From: Amoebidium appalachense
Lineage: Eukaryota; Protista; Ichthyosporea
DNA: 64,000 nt
Direction: 5' to 3'
Assembly (NCBI GenBank): GCA_963693365.1
Contig: CAVNZM010000013.1
Coordinates: 8,432,940-8,496,939, forward strand
Shown: piece after piece, positions 61,170-64,000 of the stretch
Layout: each line of letters opens with the position of its first letter
Numbering within the stretch: the first letter of the stretch is position 1
Position numbers and translations under genes: made by a program
The notes under the pieces: generated by a model
Databases searched by the model: none
Told to the model about the DNA's origin: nothing
Seen by the model: only the letters and a program-made list of their open reading frames with translations

Positions 61170-62401
61170 CCCTTTCAGGTGTTTGTAGTTTGGTCCCTCC
61201 TACCCCCCCTCCTCTGCCCCCTCCCCCTCTTCTTCCTTCTCATGCTCCCCATTCCCCCGGGTTTTTACCTTCACCTCCTATGTCCCGGCTTGTGCCACCA
61301 CCTCATCTGTCAGGTCCCACCGACAGCACCCACCCACACGTTAATCTCGCCCAATTTGTTACTATATAAGGTATTGGTTTCCGTGGCGCAAAAAAAGATA
61401 TGGAACTCTCTTTCCTACGTATGTCCATTAGGAATGACTGCTACACATCTTTTCCATTTCCAAAAGCAGCCTCGGCCTCTCCATCAGTGATCACCCCTCT
61501 GCTTGCCCCCCCTCCCCCCCCCCACACCCACACCCCCCCCACACATACATCCCTTTACCTCCGGCCCCTTTCTCCCCTGCCGCACACACCTACCCCCGTA
61601 CAGGCCCTTCTCCCCCTGGCTGCACCTACATACCCATCCTTTTATGTGGGCCCAACTCCCACTGCCTCCCTATCTATGTTTCCTTTCTCTCGTTCCCCCC
61701 TCTTTGTACGTACACCAATGGTTTGGTATATTTAACAGCAGTGGCTGACGGGTGGTCTAATTATAGGCATGGCGGCGCTGTCTGGGCTTGTCAAGTTGCA
61801 GCTGGACCAGAAGGTGCAGGGTCATGCAGCCCTGCTCGAGGTGGGTGTGGCTCTGGGAAGAGTGGGGGGGATAGGGTGGGTGGGTTGAAATGGGTGGGTG
61901 AGTGTGGTTGAATGTTTGGTTGAGTCTGTGCCCGGGAGAGACCTGTGTGTTAGGGGAGAAGAGGGGGAGGGGAGAGGGGGGAGGGGAGGGGGGGACGAAA
62001 ATGGAATCAGGAGGTTAAGCGCAAGGGAAAGTGGGAGAGCGAGGGGTGGGGTGGGTGTATGCCTAAAACGAGAAAGAGGAATGACCTGACTGCATCACAT
62101 GGCTTGGTTGAGGAACCCAATTAGAACGACCATTATGGTGTCGTTGCTGATTATGGGATCATCCTGTCACTTCGTGTTGTCCACACCTTTTTTTTTCCTC
62201 TTTTGGTGGGGGGGGGGGAGGGGGGGGGGGGGGGGGGGTCGTCACTTCAAGCCATTCGTACTTCATTTCCCATTTACCCCCTTTTTATGCAGTCCACCCT
62301 TCTCCCTTCCCCCCTCCCCCCCCCCTCCCCCCTCCCCCGCAAAGCCCCCCAAAATAAGAAAAAAAGAAAGAAAACAAAGGGGGAAAAGCACATTCACACA
62401 C

Positions 62402-62460
<59 letters not shown>

Positions 62461-62495
62461 AGACACACACACAAGCACGCACGCGCGCGCACGCG

Positions 62496-62538
<43 letters not shown>

Positions 62539-63582
62539 TCTCTCTCTCTCTCTCTCTCTCTCCCCCCCCACCCTCTCTCTCTCTCTTGCGTTTGTTGGCT
62601 TTAACTTGTAAGGAGTTTAGTTCGCGAGGGAAAGGGGGGGGTAAGGGGGGGGAGCTCATCACCCCATGGATGCTGGTGTAACTTACGAGCATGTGTCTGT
62701 GCAGACTCGGGGCAGCCAGGCCCCTCTTCCCCGTATAGTTCGCAACCATGGCCTGCTGCTGGCAGCCCAGGCATTGTGGGCCCACAGTGCAAGACAGATG
62801 AAGGGGCTGGAGGGGTCACAGGAGGAGGGCAAGGTGGGCGTGTGGAAGGACATGCAGAGGAGAGTGGACTTCACACGGGTAGGTGCTGTGGCATGGATCT
62901 GGCCATGTGGGAATTGGTGCGGTTTCCTTTAAAACCGGAAAGGTTGCCGTTTTGTGTGCACCTGGTGCAAGAACTGCCCACACAGCATGTAGTGTAGTCC
63001 TACTTCCATGTGTAGCACTGATCACTCCCAGCCATATTCCCCCACCTTACCCCGAATTCTTTTGCCTTCCACTTCTCTTGAGCATTATTCTGACCACCAT
63101 CCCTCCCCTCCCCTTTGCACCAATTTCATATGTTGTCGGTCAGGGCATCCATACATGACTTGAGAAAGTACACACACACATACGGGCAGATGCAAACACA
63201 CACAAACACACACACACGCACGCACACACGGCTCGATGCACACACACAATCACACACACACAGCCCACAAATGCACGAGCTTCTACACAGACACACAAAT
63301 GCATTTGCACAAATTTGGACACACAATTGCGCACGGAGACACCCACACCCACACCCAGACACACGCGTGCACAAGTGACACACACACCTCTCTCTCTCTC
63401 TCCCTCCCTCCCTCCCTCCCTCCCTCCCTCCCTCCCTCCCTCCCTCCCTCCCTCCCCTCTCTCTCTCTCTCTCTCTCACTCTCTCTCTCTCGCACTCTCT
63501 CGCACTCTCTCTCACTCGCTCACTCAGTCACTCACACACACACATGCACGCATGCACGCGTGCGCACACATATGCGCACACA

Positions 63583-63642
<60 letters not shown>

Positions 63643-63773
63643 CACACGCACACACACACACACAGGTGAGCACACTTGGGCTGCAGCTAGCCGAGGTTAT
63701 GCCAGCCCTATCACATGACCACCATGCCCCCGACAATGCCTGGGTCATGCTGGCTATTAATAGCAGTCTAGTG
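60308..63773 (+). CDS. 5' exons of an unidentified gene that continues past the window
   Basis: Exons 60308-60410 (MARTLEDE...|gtaag), 62739-62878, 63666-63773 (|gtaag) are phase-compatible; no recognisable domain. Confidence 0.45.
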
Positions 63774-64000
63774 GTAAGTGTGCCTGTGTGCCCCCCCCCC
63801 CCCTCCCCCCCCCCCCCCCCCTCTCCCCCCACCCCCCACCCCCCCCCTCCCCCCGTTCCCCCCCCCTTTCACAGACACACGCAGGCACGCAAGCAGGCAC
63901 ACATGCATGCACACACAATGCACACACACATACATATACACACACACACATACACACATCCGAAAGAGACACACATACACAAATAGACACACACACACAC

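Overview
Eukaryotic, intron-rich, microsatellite-saturated DNA ((CA)n, (GCGT)n, C/G runs). A tyrosine kinase with cbEGF repeats in this setting fits a holozoan, plausibly unicellular (inference only). Most ORF-track entries are microsatellite artefacts; genes were assembled by hand from GT-AG exons with phase checks. (1) 0.5-28 kb: one ~37-exon, ~2,400-aa receptor tyrosine kinase: signal peptide, furin-like Cys repeat, 17 cbEGF exons, Thr-rich mucin stalk, ~575-aa hexapeptide-repeat (left-handed beta-helix-like) region, TM, kinase and Tyr-rich tail. It has an A11 frameshift, and one kinase exon has a duplicated acceptor and a ~17x amplified donor. (2) 29.3-44.8 kb: tandem array of head-to-head inverted pairs of an intronless ~207-aa secreted protein (4 full copies + 1 partial), with signs of gene conversion and a 1.1-kb AT-rich insert holding tRNA remnants (probable NUMT). 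(3) 44.9-58.8 kb: mobile-DNA cluster with two fragments of one LINE family, a frameshifted NCLDV/poxvirus A22-like Holliday junction resolvase relic, an intact piggyBac-family element inserted in the LINE with an ATAT (not TTAA) target duplication, and an 11-exon Crypton-like tyrosine recombinase with a zinc knuckle and a catalytic Arg->Ser change. (4) 60.3 kb to end: 5' exons of an unidentified gene.
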